Assembly: GCA_028718605.1 (NCBI GenBank)
Contig: JAQULM010000001.1
Location: 193,699 to 257,698 of the forward strand
Direction: 5' to 3'
DNA length: 64,000 nt
DNA from: Patescibacteria group bacterium
GTDB taxonomy: Bacteria > Patescibacteriota > Patescibacteriia > UBA10025 > JAHIVO01
The notes under the pieces were generated by a model. The model had not been told where the DNA came from and searched no databases. It saw nothing but the letters and a program-made list of their open reading frames with translations. Below are positions 1-8,940 of the stretch, in pieces (the stretch's first letter is position 1; the number at the start of each line of letters is the position of its first letter). The position numbers and the translations under genes are program-made.

Positions 1-3000
1 CTGAATGGCAACGGTGCCCTCGATGCCGGTGAACCGGCAATCGAAGGATGGAAGATGTACCTGAATGGCGGGAGCGAGCAGCTCACCAACGCCAGCGGCT
101 ACGCCTCATGGTATGTCCACACCGGCGGTACGTTCACCGTATCAGAAGAGAACCGCACTGGCTGGACACATACTTCCCCTGCCTCAATCGATGTTTCTGT
201 CACGTCAGGTGATTCTGCCAAGTTTGTCTACTTCTATAACTTCGAGAATGTTGATGTGAAAGTCAACAAGCTCATCGATACTGATGGCGACATTGCGACA
301 ACCGGCGATCGCACCGTTAAACAAGGCTGGACCGTCCAGCTCTGGAAAGGCGCTGCGCAAATCGGTACCGACCAAATAACTGACGTGAACGGCTCGTACA
401 CCTGGACCGATCTCGGCCCTGGCACATATACCGTGAAAGAAATCTTCAATAGCACTGAGTATACAGCGCTCACGAATACGGAATACACCTTTACCGTCAG
501 CTCGGGCACTGATGTGGAGCGGACGTTCATCAACTTCGAGAACATCGATGTGACGGTCTGCAAGTACGTTGATATGAACGGCGACGGCGACATAACCGGC
601 GATCCAGCATATACCAATAGCTGGGAAGTCACGCTCGGCAACAGCACACAGCTGACCGGTGCGAACGGCTGCGTCACCTATACGAACGCTGGTCCCGGCA
701 ACTACGATGTGACTGAAGACACGTCTGTCGCAGGCTGGGTGCAGACATACCCACGCGGTGGCAGCTATAACTTTGATGCGGTTTCAGGCGTGAATCGGAC
801 GTTCAACTTCGGTAACTTCGAAACCCCACACCTCACCGTCATCAAGCATGTCATCAATGATAATGGCGGTACAGCAGTCGCTTCTGACTTCACCATGAAT
901 GTCAGCGGGACAAACGTCTCTGACGACTCGTTCCCTGGCGATGAAGCTGGCACCACTGTCACGTTGGACGCAGGCGCGTACAGCGTTGATGAGGATGCAT
1001 TCTTCGGCTATGCCAAGACGATCGGCGCAGATTGCGCAGGGTCTGTTGTCAGCGGTGACAATAAGACCTGCACGATTACCAACGACGATATTGCGCCGGA
1101 ACTGACGGTTGTGAAGCACGTCATCAATGACAACGGCGGCTCAGCAGTCGCTGCTGACTTCACCATGAACGTCACCGCGACCAATGTTTCCGATGATTCA
1201 TTTCCCGGAGATGAGATTGGCGTCACCGTCACCCTCGACCAGGGCGCATACAGCGTAGACGAAAATGCGTTCTACGGGTATGCAAAGACGCTCAGCGCGG
1301 ACTGCACTGGCACCATTAATGTCGGTGAAACAAAGACTTGCACGATTACCAATGACGATATTCAGCCCAAACTGACCGTGACCAAAGTTGTCATCAATGA
1401 CAACGGCGGCACCGCAGTTGTGGCTGACTTCCCGTTGTTCGTGGATGCGACAAGCGTCGTCTCGGGCGTGCAGAACGGCTTCGATGCTGACGATTACGTC
1501 GTATCAGAAACCAACCTCTTCGGTTATTCAGCAACCATCTCGGGCGATTGCGACGTGAACGGTAACGTTACGCTCAATGTCGGTGACGTCAAGTCATGCA
1601 CCATCACAAATGACGATATCGCACCGGAACTGACGGTTGTGAAGCACGTCATCAATGACAACGGCGGCTCAGCAGTCGCTGCTGACTTCACCATGAACGT
1701 CACCGGAACGAACGTTTCTGACGATTCATTCGCTGGCGATGAGGCTGGTGTAACTGTTACTCTTGACCAGGGTGTATACGGCGTTGATGAGAATGCGTAC
1801 GTTGGCTATGCTAAGACACTTGGTGCGGATTGCACAGGCACCATCAATGTTGGCGAAACCAAGACCTGCACCATCACCAACGATGACATCCCCGGCAAAA
1901 TCTCCGGCTACAAGTACGACGACCACGGCACAGCGCTCCAGGGCTGGACAATCTGCATCATACAGAACGCAGCGCCGGTTAATGGGCTCGTCCCGCCGCC
2001 GTTCTGCACGGTTACTGACGCCAACGGCTACTACGAATTTGCCGGCCTCAATGTCGGCACGTTCACGATCAGCGAAACGCTAAAGGGCGGCTGGACACAG
2101 CTCGAACCTGTCGGCGTTACACACGTCATCGATGTTGTCCCTGGCACCGATTCGCAGAATAACAACTTCGTGAACCGCTTGAATGAGTTCAATGTTGACA
2201 TTGAGAAGAGCGCACCGGCAACCGTCGTTGCAGGTGATGAAATGACATACACGCTCGACTGGACGATTACTGGCAACACACCGGTATTCAACGCCCATGT
2301 GAGTGACGTCCTGCCTGCAAACACGACATTTGTGTCAGCTGCCAACGGCGGCACCTACGACAGCGCCACCAACACCGTGACCTGGGATCTCGGGACAGTA
2401 AACCCGGATGACAGCGGTACGGTTACCTTCGTTGTGAAGACAGCTTCGCCGCTCGATAACGCTACCGTTATCGAAAATACCGGCGAGGTATGCGGCACCG
2501 GGTATATCGTGCCTGAGGACGAGAACGAACTCTTTAACCCAGATGGTACGACCAAGTGCGATTCCGACAAAACCACGACGACCATCGAATCAGCGCCGAT
2601 CCTCGGCATTGAGAAGACAAACGACCGGCCAGTCGCAAATCCCGGTGATGTCGTGAACTACACAATCACCTGGAGCGTCGATGGCAATTCCAAGGCAACC
2701 AACGTTACCTTGACCGACACCGTGCCGGTTAACGAAGAAGTAGACATTACCACAATCAGCAACGGCGGCACCTACGATGCAGCGACGAGGATCATCACCT
2801 GGGATCTCGGTACGCAAATACCGCACGCCGAGGGCACTGTCACCTACTCCGTGGATCTCGATACGCCGCTCGCGAATGGCACAACGATTGTCAACGTTGC
2901 CAAACTCATGTGCGATGAAACAGATCCGCTGTTCGTAGAAGATGACTCGACGGTAGTTGTGAAGTCGGGCCCGATCCTCGAGATCGACAAGACGGTCAAC

Positions 3001-3795
3001 AAGGAATGGGTCAATCCCGGCGACACAGCCACGTATACCGTCGTCGTCAAGAACACCGGCAACGACACCGCGATCAACACGATGCTCACCGATCTCCTGC
3101 CCACTGGATTCACGTTTGTTGAATACGGCACCGACACGCATACATGGAGCCTCGGGGACCTCGAACCTGGCGACTCCGTCACGACTGTCTATGACGTGAA
3201 GATCGGCAAGGACGTCGCGAAAGGCACGTACGACAACCTCGCGGTCACCTGGGCGGATAACTACGGCAACGTCAGCGACAAGGCGCCGCTGGAAGTCCGC
3301 ATACCGCAGGTGCTCGGCACTGAACCGGAACTCGTCATCGACAAGGTTGTTGACAAGACGTTCATCAACCCCGGCGGTTCAGCGACCTACACGGTCACCG
3401 TGAAAAACATCGGCGAGGGCTTCGCCTTCAATGTGAAGGTACAGGACGTCCTGCCTGCCGGCTTCTCATTCGAGGACGGTGATGTCACCAAAGTGTGGAC
3501 ACTCGGAGATATGGCCCCTGACATGTCAAAGATGATTTCGTATAAAGTCGTCGCGGCAAAGACGATTCTTGCCGGCACGTACGAGAACATCGCGACTGCT
3601 TGGGCTGACAACAACGACAAGGTCAGCGATTCGGTGAAGCTCGAAGTCCGCATTCCGAAAGTGCTCGGCGAAGAGCTTCCGGTTACCGGCGGCAGCCTCA
3701 TGTTCTACGTGTACCTGTTCGCGGCTGGATTGATCGTCGTGTTCTCCCTGTACATGCTGAAGGTCACTTCATCCAACGAAGACGAGCAATCATAG
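1..3795 (+). CDS. Giant LPXTG-anchored surface protein (5' end lies outside the window): Cna-B/SdrD-B-like beta-sandwich repeats, four tandem ~88-aa Cys-pair repeats, five DUF11-type 'conserved repeat domain' units, and a C-terminal LPVTGG sorting signal with TM helix and charged tail
   Basis: The reading frame is open from nt 1, with the ORF track starting at 55. The protein shows repeated TVVKHVINDNGG...TKTCTITNDDI units and DUF11-like L.I.K...V.PG..V.YT..V.N.G units. The C-terminus reads ...KVLGEELPVTGGSLMFYVYLFAAGLIVVFSLYMLK, a sortase signal. Confidence 0.85.
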   Translation: MNGNGALDAGEPAIEGWKMYLNGGSEQLTNASGYASWYVHTGGTFTVSEENRTGWTHTSPASIDVSVTSGDSAKFVYFYNFENVDVKVNKLIDTDGDIATTGDRTVKQGWTVQLWKGAAQIGTDQITDVNGSYTWTDLGPGTYTVKEIFNSTEYTALTNTEYTFTVSSGTDVERTFINFENIDVTVCKYVDMNGDGDITGDPAYTNSWEVTLGNSTQLTGANGCVTYTNAGPGNYDVTEDTSVAGWVQTYPRGGSYNFDAVSGVNRTFNFGNFETPHLTVIKHVINDNGGTAVASDFTMNVSGTNVSDDSFPGDEAGTTVTLDAGAYSVDEDAFFGYAKTIGADCAGSVVSGDNKTCTITNDDIAPELTVVKHVINDNGGSAVAADFTMNVTATNVSDDSFPGDEIGVTVTLDQGAYSVDENAFYGYAKTLSADCTGTINVGETKTCTITNDDIQPKLTVTKVVINDNGGTAVVADFPLFVDATSVVSGVQNGFDADDYVVSETNLFGYSATISGDCDVNGNVTLNVGDVKSCTITNDDIAPELTVVKHVINDNGGSAVAADFTMNVTGTNVSDDSFAGDEAGVTVTLDQGVYGVDENAYVGYAKTLGADCTGTINVGETKTCTITNDDIPGKISGYKYDDHGTALQGWTICIIQNAAPVNGLVPPPFCTVTDANGYYEFAGLNVGTFTISETLKGGWTQLEPVGVTHVIDVVPGTDSQNNNFVNRLNEFNVDIEKSAPATVVAGDEMTYTLDWTITGNTPVFNAHVSDVLPANTTFVSAANGGTYDSATNTVTWDLGTVNPDDSGTVTFVVKTASPLDNATVIENTGEVCGTGYIVPEDENELFNPDGTTKCDSDKTTTTIESAPILGIEKTNDRPVANPGDVVNYTITWSVDGNSKATNVTLTDTVPVNEEVDITTISNGGTYDAATRIITWDLGTQIPHAEGTVTYSVDLDTPLANGTTIVNVAKLMCDETDPLFVEDDSTVVVKSGPILEIDKTVNKEWVNPGDTATYTVVVKNTGNDTAINTMLTDLLPTGFTFVEYGTDTHTWSLGDLEPGDSVTTVYDVKIGKDVAKGTYDNLAVTWADNYGNVSDKAPLEVRIPQVLGTEPELVIDKVVDKTFINPGGSATYTVTVKNIGEGFAFNVKVQDVLPAGFSFEDGDVTKVWTLGDMAPDMSKMISYKVVAAKTILAGTYENIATAWADNNDKVSDSVKLEVRIPKVLGEELPVTGGSLMFYVYLFAAGLIVVFSLYMLKVTSSNEDEQS
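826..1893 (+). repeat. Four intragenic tandem repeats of ~265 nt (each ~88 aa). Repeats 2 and 4 (about 1093-1180 and 1621-1708) are near-identical at the DNA level
   Basis: The string ccggaactgacggttgtgaagcacgtcatcaatgacaacggcggctcagcagtcgctgctgacttcaccatgaacgtcacc occurs twice, 528 nt apart. Confidence 0.85.
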
Positions 3796-3819
3796 ATTGT
3801 AAAATCAGCTTTCGATAGA

Positions 3820-3847
3820 AAAAGCCTGCCCATGGGCAGGCTTTTTC
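3820..3847. terminator. Bidirectional rho-independent terminator shared by the convergent surface-protein gene and the DUF559 gene
   Basis: The 13-bp palindrome aaaagcctgccca/tgggcaggctttt has an A-run on one side and a T-run on the other. Confidence 0.8.
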
Positions 3848-3854
3848 GTTTGGC

Positions 3855-4214
3855 TTAACGTGCCAATCGTAACAATAATTCGATGACGCCTGTTATATTA
3901 TGATAAACATCTCTATTGGTAATTCTAATGATTCGAATACCGAGCGATTCAATAAACTTCTGGCGTTGGTTATCATATACGATCGTTTGTTTTGATAGAA
4001 AATGTGACGGCCCATCAACCTCGATGCCAAGCCTAAGCCGGGCACAATAAAAATCAATCACATACCCGCTAACACTATACTGCCGGCGGAACTTACAACC
4101 AGCCAACTGCTTGCCTTTCAAATAACGCCACAGCACAATCTCAGCGCGTGGTGCTGAATTCCTCAAGCCCTGGCGTCGGCGCTTCATCGAATGTGTGTTA
4201 TAGATGACTGTCAT
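3855..4214 (-). CDS. DUF559 family endonuclease-domain protein (Vsr/very-short-patch-repair-like fold)
   Basis: The protein shows the DUF559 signature ...EIVLWRYLKGKQLAGCKFRRQYSVSGYVIDFYCARLRLGIEVDGPSHF...IRIIRITNRDV. An RBS aaaggggagg lies upstream of the ATG. Confidence 0.75.
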   Translation of the reverse strand: MTVIYNTHSMKRRRQGLRNSAPRAEIVLWRYLKGKQLAGCKFRRQYSVSGYVIDFYCARLRLGIEVDGPSHFLSKQTIVYDNQRQKFIESLGIRIIRITNRDVYHNITGVIELLLRLAR

Positions 4215-4265
4215 AGTGCCGGTAGCCTTACCTCCCCTTTAAACTAACTTGGTGATTCCTCCGCC

Positions 4266-4440
4266 GTCTGTTCTCTTCCCCTCCTCATTTCGAGGAGGGG
4301 AAAACGTGACAAGTATGCTATGCCACAGCGTTCGTAGAGAGGTGGTGGAGTTATCCTCCCCTCCTTAATTGAGGAGGGGAAAAAGCGATACATGAGCCTT
4401 ACCTGAACGTCAGGAGGGGGGTGGTTGAGCCATGCCCCCC
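4266..4440. repeat. Locus A of a dispersed palindromic repeat family: two or more units of a CCCCTCCTC-loop-GAGGAGGGG hairpin followed by the conserved block GTTCGTAGAGRGGTGGTKG
   Basis: An 11-bp stem hairpin sits at 4266-4292 and a second hairpin at 4347-4370. The block cgttcgtagagaggtggtggag is at 4320-4340, and degenerate gaggggggtggttgagcc at 4403-4420. The same family recurs at 8941-9170. Confidence 0.7.
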
Positions 4441-4603
4441 AACGCATACAACAACTCCCCACGTAGGTTATGGGGAGGTTACTGCTTCCACTTTATCATT
4501 ACCTATTACAATAATCAATATCCCCTAAACAAGCATTGACACCCCCAATTGCGTGTGATAAGGTGGCGTATTCAATATCCACAGCCCCTCAACACTTCAT
4601 ATT

Positions 4604-4638
4604 TGACAAAACCGGTATATATTACGTATAATGTGGGC
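4604..4638 (+). promoter_or_regulatory. Sigma70-like promoter TTGACA-N18-TATAAT upstream of the secreted-protein gene
   Basis: The sequence is tttgacaaaaccggtatatattacgtataatg. Confidence 0.55.
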
Positions 4639-4689
4639 GCTTACGAACAATTTAATACATATCATTTAACCCCAATTAATAAAGGAACA

Positions 4690-5487
4690 ATGACTATGAA
4701 AAACGCATCATTGCGTCTAACCAACCCCCTCCCCATGGTCGTAGCGGGAGTGTTTATGTTATCTCTAGCAGTTTTACTTTTTATCCCCCAGCAAGTTGCG
4801 GCAAAGGTAGAAACTCCAAAGATTGATATTTGTCATGCCGAGAGTTCTGATGTAAATCCATATAATTCTTTATCAGTTGATAAAAATGCAACTGCAGGTG
4901 GTCATGATGACCACGATGGGGGTATTTATCCCGCGAATCCGTGGGGCGATATTATCCCTTCATATCAATACAGCTACCAGGCTTGGGAAGTAATTGGCTC
5001 TCATCAAGGATGTCCAACAGATAGTGCGTTATATACATCATGGGATTCAAGTAAACCTTGCAAAAAGAAAATAAGTGGACATTGGAAATATACTGATTAT
5101 ATTAACATTGACGATTATGGCTGGGTAACACATGAGGATCAATATCCTGGTAAAAACTGGACTACTGAAGGACAAGAAATTTACAACAACGGTTGTGTAA
5201 TACCCCCTGTATATTCAGTTGAATCCTATGAAAGTGATTATTCAACAGTAAAAAATGACTTCTATCAGGGCGAGATCGTTTATGGAAAAGGTTGGACTGA
5301 ATTCGTAGGTAATAAAGATTTACGACTTGAATTTAAAAATCCTAACGGAGATTCCGTGGAAATTTGCGGCGAAAGGAAAGGGACGTGGTCGCAATGTCCT
5401 CATAACCTAAGTAATGATGCCCTTACTGGAACTTGGACAATTGAATTACAGCAGAAAGGTGATAAATATTGGAGCTGGAGTGATTAG
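4690..5487 (+). CDS. AT-rich secreted or membrane-anchored protein module (signal/anchor helix MVVAGVFMLSLAVLLFIP). It is in-frame with, and probably the N-terminal part of, the downstream LPXTG protein, interrupted by a TAG
   Basis: The ATG at 4690 is preceded by aaaggaac. The N-terminal hydrophobic helix is followed by AAKVETPK. The ORF ends at TAG 5485-5487, in the same frame as ORF 5542-8865. Confidence 0.6.
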   Translation: MTMKNASLRLTNPLPMVVAGVFMLSLAVLLFIPQQVAAKVETPKIDICHAESSDVNPYNSLSVDKNATAGGHDDHDGGIYPANPWGDIIPSYQYSYQAWEVIGSHQGCPTDSALYTSWDSSKPCKKKISGHWKYTDYINIDDYGWVTHEDQYPGKNWTTEGQEIYNNGCVIPPVYSVESYESDYSTVKNDFYQGEIVYGKGWTEFVGNKDLRLEFKNPNGDSVEICGERKGTWSQCPHNLSNDALTGTWTIELQQKGDKYWSWSD

Positions 5488-5541
5488 AGCTGGCACTACT
5501 ATTGGAATGTCAAAGCAACGGACACTTTCAATGTTAATGAA

Positions 5542-8500
5542 TTGCCTCCAGCAACCATCATTGCCTCAAAAATCGTCTGCGACAGCGAATCCGATCTGCC
5601 AAACTGGGGCGGAGCTCAAGGTGACCAATCCATCAATGCAAATACGGCAACAGACTTTGTCAATGCCAGTAATGGGAAATGCCATATTAATCTTGATTGG
5701 ACATTCCAGTATAAAACTGGCGATGTAGCCAATCCTGATGATAACTCCGGCGTTGCGAGTGACTGGTCTACTCCCTTCTCATCATCGGTGCCAGTTGATG
5801 TAAGCGCTTCCAATCTTATTAAAGTGCGTGAAATCTGGAACGATCAATATATCCCATTTACAGGTGACAACGACAACAAGAATGTAAGTGCCGAGTTTTA
5901 CTGCGCAAATGATAACTACAAATACGACAATTTCGACTATGTCACTAGCGCGCAGCCAGGCCAGACCTACTACTGCGTCGCGTTTAATGCACTCGCAGCT
6001 ATTTGCGGCGATGGTGAACTAGACCCGGCAACCGAACAATGCGACAATGGACCGGATAATACTGACGATGCATGCACAGCCGAATACGGCGATACATGTG
6101 ATTATTGCACAGCCTCATGCCAATCAGTCACAATCACTGGTCCGCATTGTGGTGACGGCATAGTCAATGGCGAAGAACAATGCGATGACGATAATTCAAT
6201 CAATAATGACGCCTGCACTAATCAATGCACATTCCCTACCGGCTCAATCACCGGTACGAAATACGAAGACATTAACGCGAGTGGTGATCGCGATACCATC
6301 GGAGACACGAGCAATACCGAACCAGGCCTCTCTGGCTGGAATATATATCTCTACCAAGGAGAAGGCCCTTCAATCGCTAATACAACCACGGATGCCAAGG
6401 GCGATTATGAATTCCTTGGTTTGACTCCGGGCGAGTACAGGGTTTGCGAAGACAACAAGCCAGATTGGCACCACACAGATCCGGGTATGAATGACAACCC
6501 GTGTAAAACCGTGACAGTAACAGCTGGCCAGGCGGTCACAGCGAATTTCGGTAACTTCCATGACGCTTGGATAGAAGGTTACAAATACGAAGATGCCAAT
6601 GGCAACGGGCAGTACGACGATGGTGAGCAATACATCAATGGTTGGCCAATTCGGTTATATAGATTAGAACAAAACAAGAAAGGTGGCACGTCCTGGGACA
6701 ATACCGCTGGCCAGGGAACTGGCTCGGTCTGGCCGGAAACCGGCAGGTATGCCTGGACTGATGTGCCTGGAACGTATTATGTTTGTGAGGTTGCCAAGCA
6801 CGACTTCGACGGTTCCGACTGGATCCAGACACAGCCGGCTGCTGACCAGGGCGTCGCGAACCAATCCGGCATGGAAGATGAAGCGTTTCGCTGTTATGAA
6901 GTCGTCATCGATGAATCCGGGGAGCAGAATACGCACCTCGATTTCGGTAATCAACGGATCGTCCCAACATACGACGTCCACGGCTACAAGTGGAACGACA
7001 TTGACGAGGATGGGTACTTTGATTGCGAAAATACCTTCTCCATTCAAACACTCACAAACGTGAACACGCTCCCCCCAGTGGCGCAATTATGCGAGCCGAA
7101 ACTCTGCGATTGGACCATCCAGCTCAAGCAGAATGGCGAAGTCCTCGATGAGACTACAACCTCGTGCGAAGACAGCCGCGATTACGGCTGGTACTGGTTC
7201 GAGGACCTTCCGGCCGGAACATACGAAATTTGTGAAGTCCAGCAGGAAGGCTGGGACCAAACGTACCCCGAGAACTGCCATAACGTGACGTTGCCGCTGG
7301 CCCAGGAAACGCTACGGGCAACTGTCATTTCTGACAATTTCGTCGAAGACGCCCCTGAGTTTGACTTTGGCAACCACCAAATCCCACCGGTTCCCGTTGT
7401 CGACATCACCAAGACCGTCACGGTAAATGGCGAGGAAACAGCCACGGCGCATGAGGGCGACTCGCTCGTCTATACGATTACTGTTTCCAATACGGGCAAC
7501 GCGACCGCGTATGACTTGAGAATCAGTGACGACTTGCCGGCAAACGTTACATTCGGAGAGGATGCGTTCAATCCCGCGCCTGGAGTCAATGACGGCACGA
7601 CTGCGGTTTGGGATCCGATCGACCTGCCCGCTGGCAATGATTATGTCATCACGATCACCGGCACCGTGAACGCAGGCCTCGAATATGGCAGCGCTGATAG
7701 CCTTGAGGTCGTCAATACGGCGACCGTCGAGCAATTCGAATTCAACCAAGAGGTTTCTTTCTGGCAAAAACTGCTCGGCGTGAAAGTCGCACATGCGCAA
7801 GCAGCAGCAGCGCCGATTAACTTTATCCACCAGGCAGCGGTTGCCGCGGTGAATGTCCTGAAGCCTGTTCCCGCTATCTGCGGCAATGGCACGATAGAGC
7901 AAGCAGCTGGCGAGGAATGCGATGACGGTGCGCTGAACAATAAGCCATGCACGGCAGGAGTCGGCCAGACCTGTACGTACTGCTCGTCAACCTGCACCAC
8001 ATTCACCGTGACTGGCGAAGAACCAACACCGGTGCTCGCTGTCCTGAAGACCGTTGACGATTCATTAACGAACCCCGGCCAAGTTGTTACCTATACAGTC
8101 ACGATCAGCAATTCCGGCAATGCGGCGGCGAAAGACGTGAAGCTCGTTGACACCCTGCCAGCAGGGCTCACCTTCGCTGACAAAAAAGGCAAAACAACCG
8201 GCGACACCGAGAAAACCTGGACTTGGAAAACGCTCGCCGCTGGCGATGACGTGACGGTCACCTACGATGCAGTAATCGACTCAAATACCGGCGCAGATGT
8301 ATATGATAACCTCGCAACAGTTACCGCAAAGAATTTCGACGGTTCAGTGACTGCCAAAGCGTCGACCGAGGTCCGCATCCCTGTCGTGCTCGGGGACGAG
8401 ACGCCTGAACTCGAAATTACGAAGACAGCAAAGCAGACATACGTTAATCCCGGCGGCACCGTTACCTACACGGTTACCGTGAAGAACGTTGGTGATGCGC

Positions 8501-8865
8501 CGGCAATGAACGCGGTGCTGACCGACACGCTTCCTGCCGGATTCGTCTTCGCTGACACGGGTAAATCGACAAAGACATGGAAATTGGGTGATATCGTGCC
8601 GGATGAGGTAGTAACCAAGACCTACACGGTCAAGGTTGATGCTTCAACAATCGCGGGTAAGTACACGAACTTAGCCACGGTGAAAGCTGATGATACGCCG
8701 GTTATAACGGCGAAGGCTGCTGTCGAGGTTCGGACGCCGAAAGTATTAGGTGCTGAAGACGAGCCGACACAGCTGCCAGTCACTGGCGCAGGCATTCTCG
8801 GGTTAGTTGCTGCTGCAGCCGTCATTATTGGCACGGGCGTCATCTCCAAGAAACGGACGCGGTAA
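5542..8865 (+). CDS. Large LPXTG-type surface protein body: SdrD-B/Cna-B repeats, two Myxococcus-type Cys-rich repeats (CGDG...EQCDDGN), three DUF11 repeats, and a C-terminal QLPVTGAG sorting signal with TM helix and KKRTR tail. It has no signal peptide of its own
   Basis: The motifs AICGDGELDPATEQCDNG and AICGNGTIEQAAGEECDDG are present. DUF11 units read EITKTAKQTYVNPGGTVTYTVTVKNVGDAP. The ORF-track start is a TTG directly after the in-frame TAG, and no RBS was found. Confidence 0.8.
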   Translation: MPPATIIASKIVCDSESDLPNWGGAQGDQSINANTATDFVNASNGKCHINLDWTFQYKTGDVANPDDNSGVASDWSTPFSSSVPVDVSASNLIKVREIWNDQYIPFTGDNDNKNVSAEFYCANDNYKYDNFDYVTSAQPGQTYYCVAFNALAAICGDGELDPATEQCDNGPDNTDDACTAEYGDTCDYCTASCQSVTITGPHCGDGIVNGEEQCDDDNSINNDACTNQCTFPTGSITGTKYEDINASGDRDTIGDTSNTEPGLSGWNIYLYQGEGPSIANTTTDAKGDYEFLGLTPGEYRVCEDNKPDWHHTDPGMNDNPCKTVTVTAGQAVTANFGNFHDAWIEGYKYEDANGNGQYDDGEQYINGWPIRLYRLEQNKKGGTSWDNTAGQGTGSVWPETGRYAWTDVPGTYYVCEVAKHDFDGSDWIQTQPAADQGVANQSGMEDEAFRCYEVVIDESGEQNTHLDFGNQRIVPTYDVHGYKWNDIDEDGYFDCENTFSIQTLTNVNTLPPVAQLCEPKLCDWTIQLKQNGEVLDETTTSCEDSRDYGWYWFEDLPAGTYEICEVQQEGWDQTYPENCHNVTLPLAQETLRATVISDNFVEDAPEFDFGNHQIPPVPVVDITKTVTVNGEETATAHEGDSLVYTITVSNTGNATAYDLRISDDLPANVTFGEDAFNPAPGVNDGTTAVWDPIDLPAGNDYVITITGTVNAGLEYGSADSLEVVNTATVEQFEFNQEVSFWQKLLGVKVAHAQAAAAPINFIHQAAVAAVNVLKPVPAICGNGTIEQAAGEECDDGALNNKPCTAGVGQTCTYCSSTCTTFTVTGEEPTPVLAVLKTVDDSLTNPGQVVTYTVTISNSGNAAAKDVKLVDTLPAGLTFADKKGKTTGDTEKTWTWKTLAAGDDVTVTYDAVIDSNTGADVYDNLATVTAKNFDGSVTAKASTEVRIPVVLGDETPELEITKTAKQTYVNPGGTVTYTVTVKNVGDAPAMNAVLTDTLPAGFVFADTGKSTKTWKLGDIVPDEVVTKTYTVKVDASTIAGKYTNLATVKADDTPVITAKAAVEVRTPKVLGAEDEPTQLPVTGAGILGLVAAAAVIIGTGVISKKRTR

Positions 8866-8892
8866 AACATTTCACAGGCATTCAAGATAGAA

Positions 8893-8925
8893 AAGCGGGC
8901 TCTACCAAGGGCCTGCTTTTCATTT
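8893..8925 (+). terminator. Putative terminator hairpin after the surface-protein gene
   Basis: The sequence agcgggctctaccaagggcctgct forms a stem with two G-U pairs and is followed by tttcattt. Confidence 0.35.
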
Positions 8926-8940
8926 ATTTGTTGTGCATGT

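Noticed and set aside
234-3701. Multiple 60-180-aa ORFs on the minus strand and in alternative frames inside the giant surface-protein gene, for example 234-677, 2590-3141 and 3387-3701.
   Set aside because: They overlap a long, repeat-structured, motif-rich CDS on the opposite strand and lack RBSs, and they have biased, low-complexity compositions typical of antisense frames.
5414-5728. A 104-aa plus-strand ORF bridging the TAG junction in a different frame.
   Set aside because: It is an out-of-frame overlap with two strongly supported coding segments and has no independent support.
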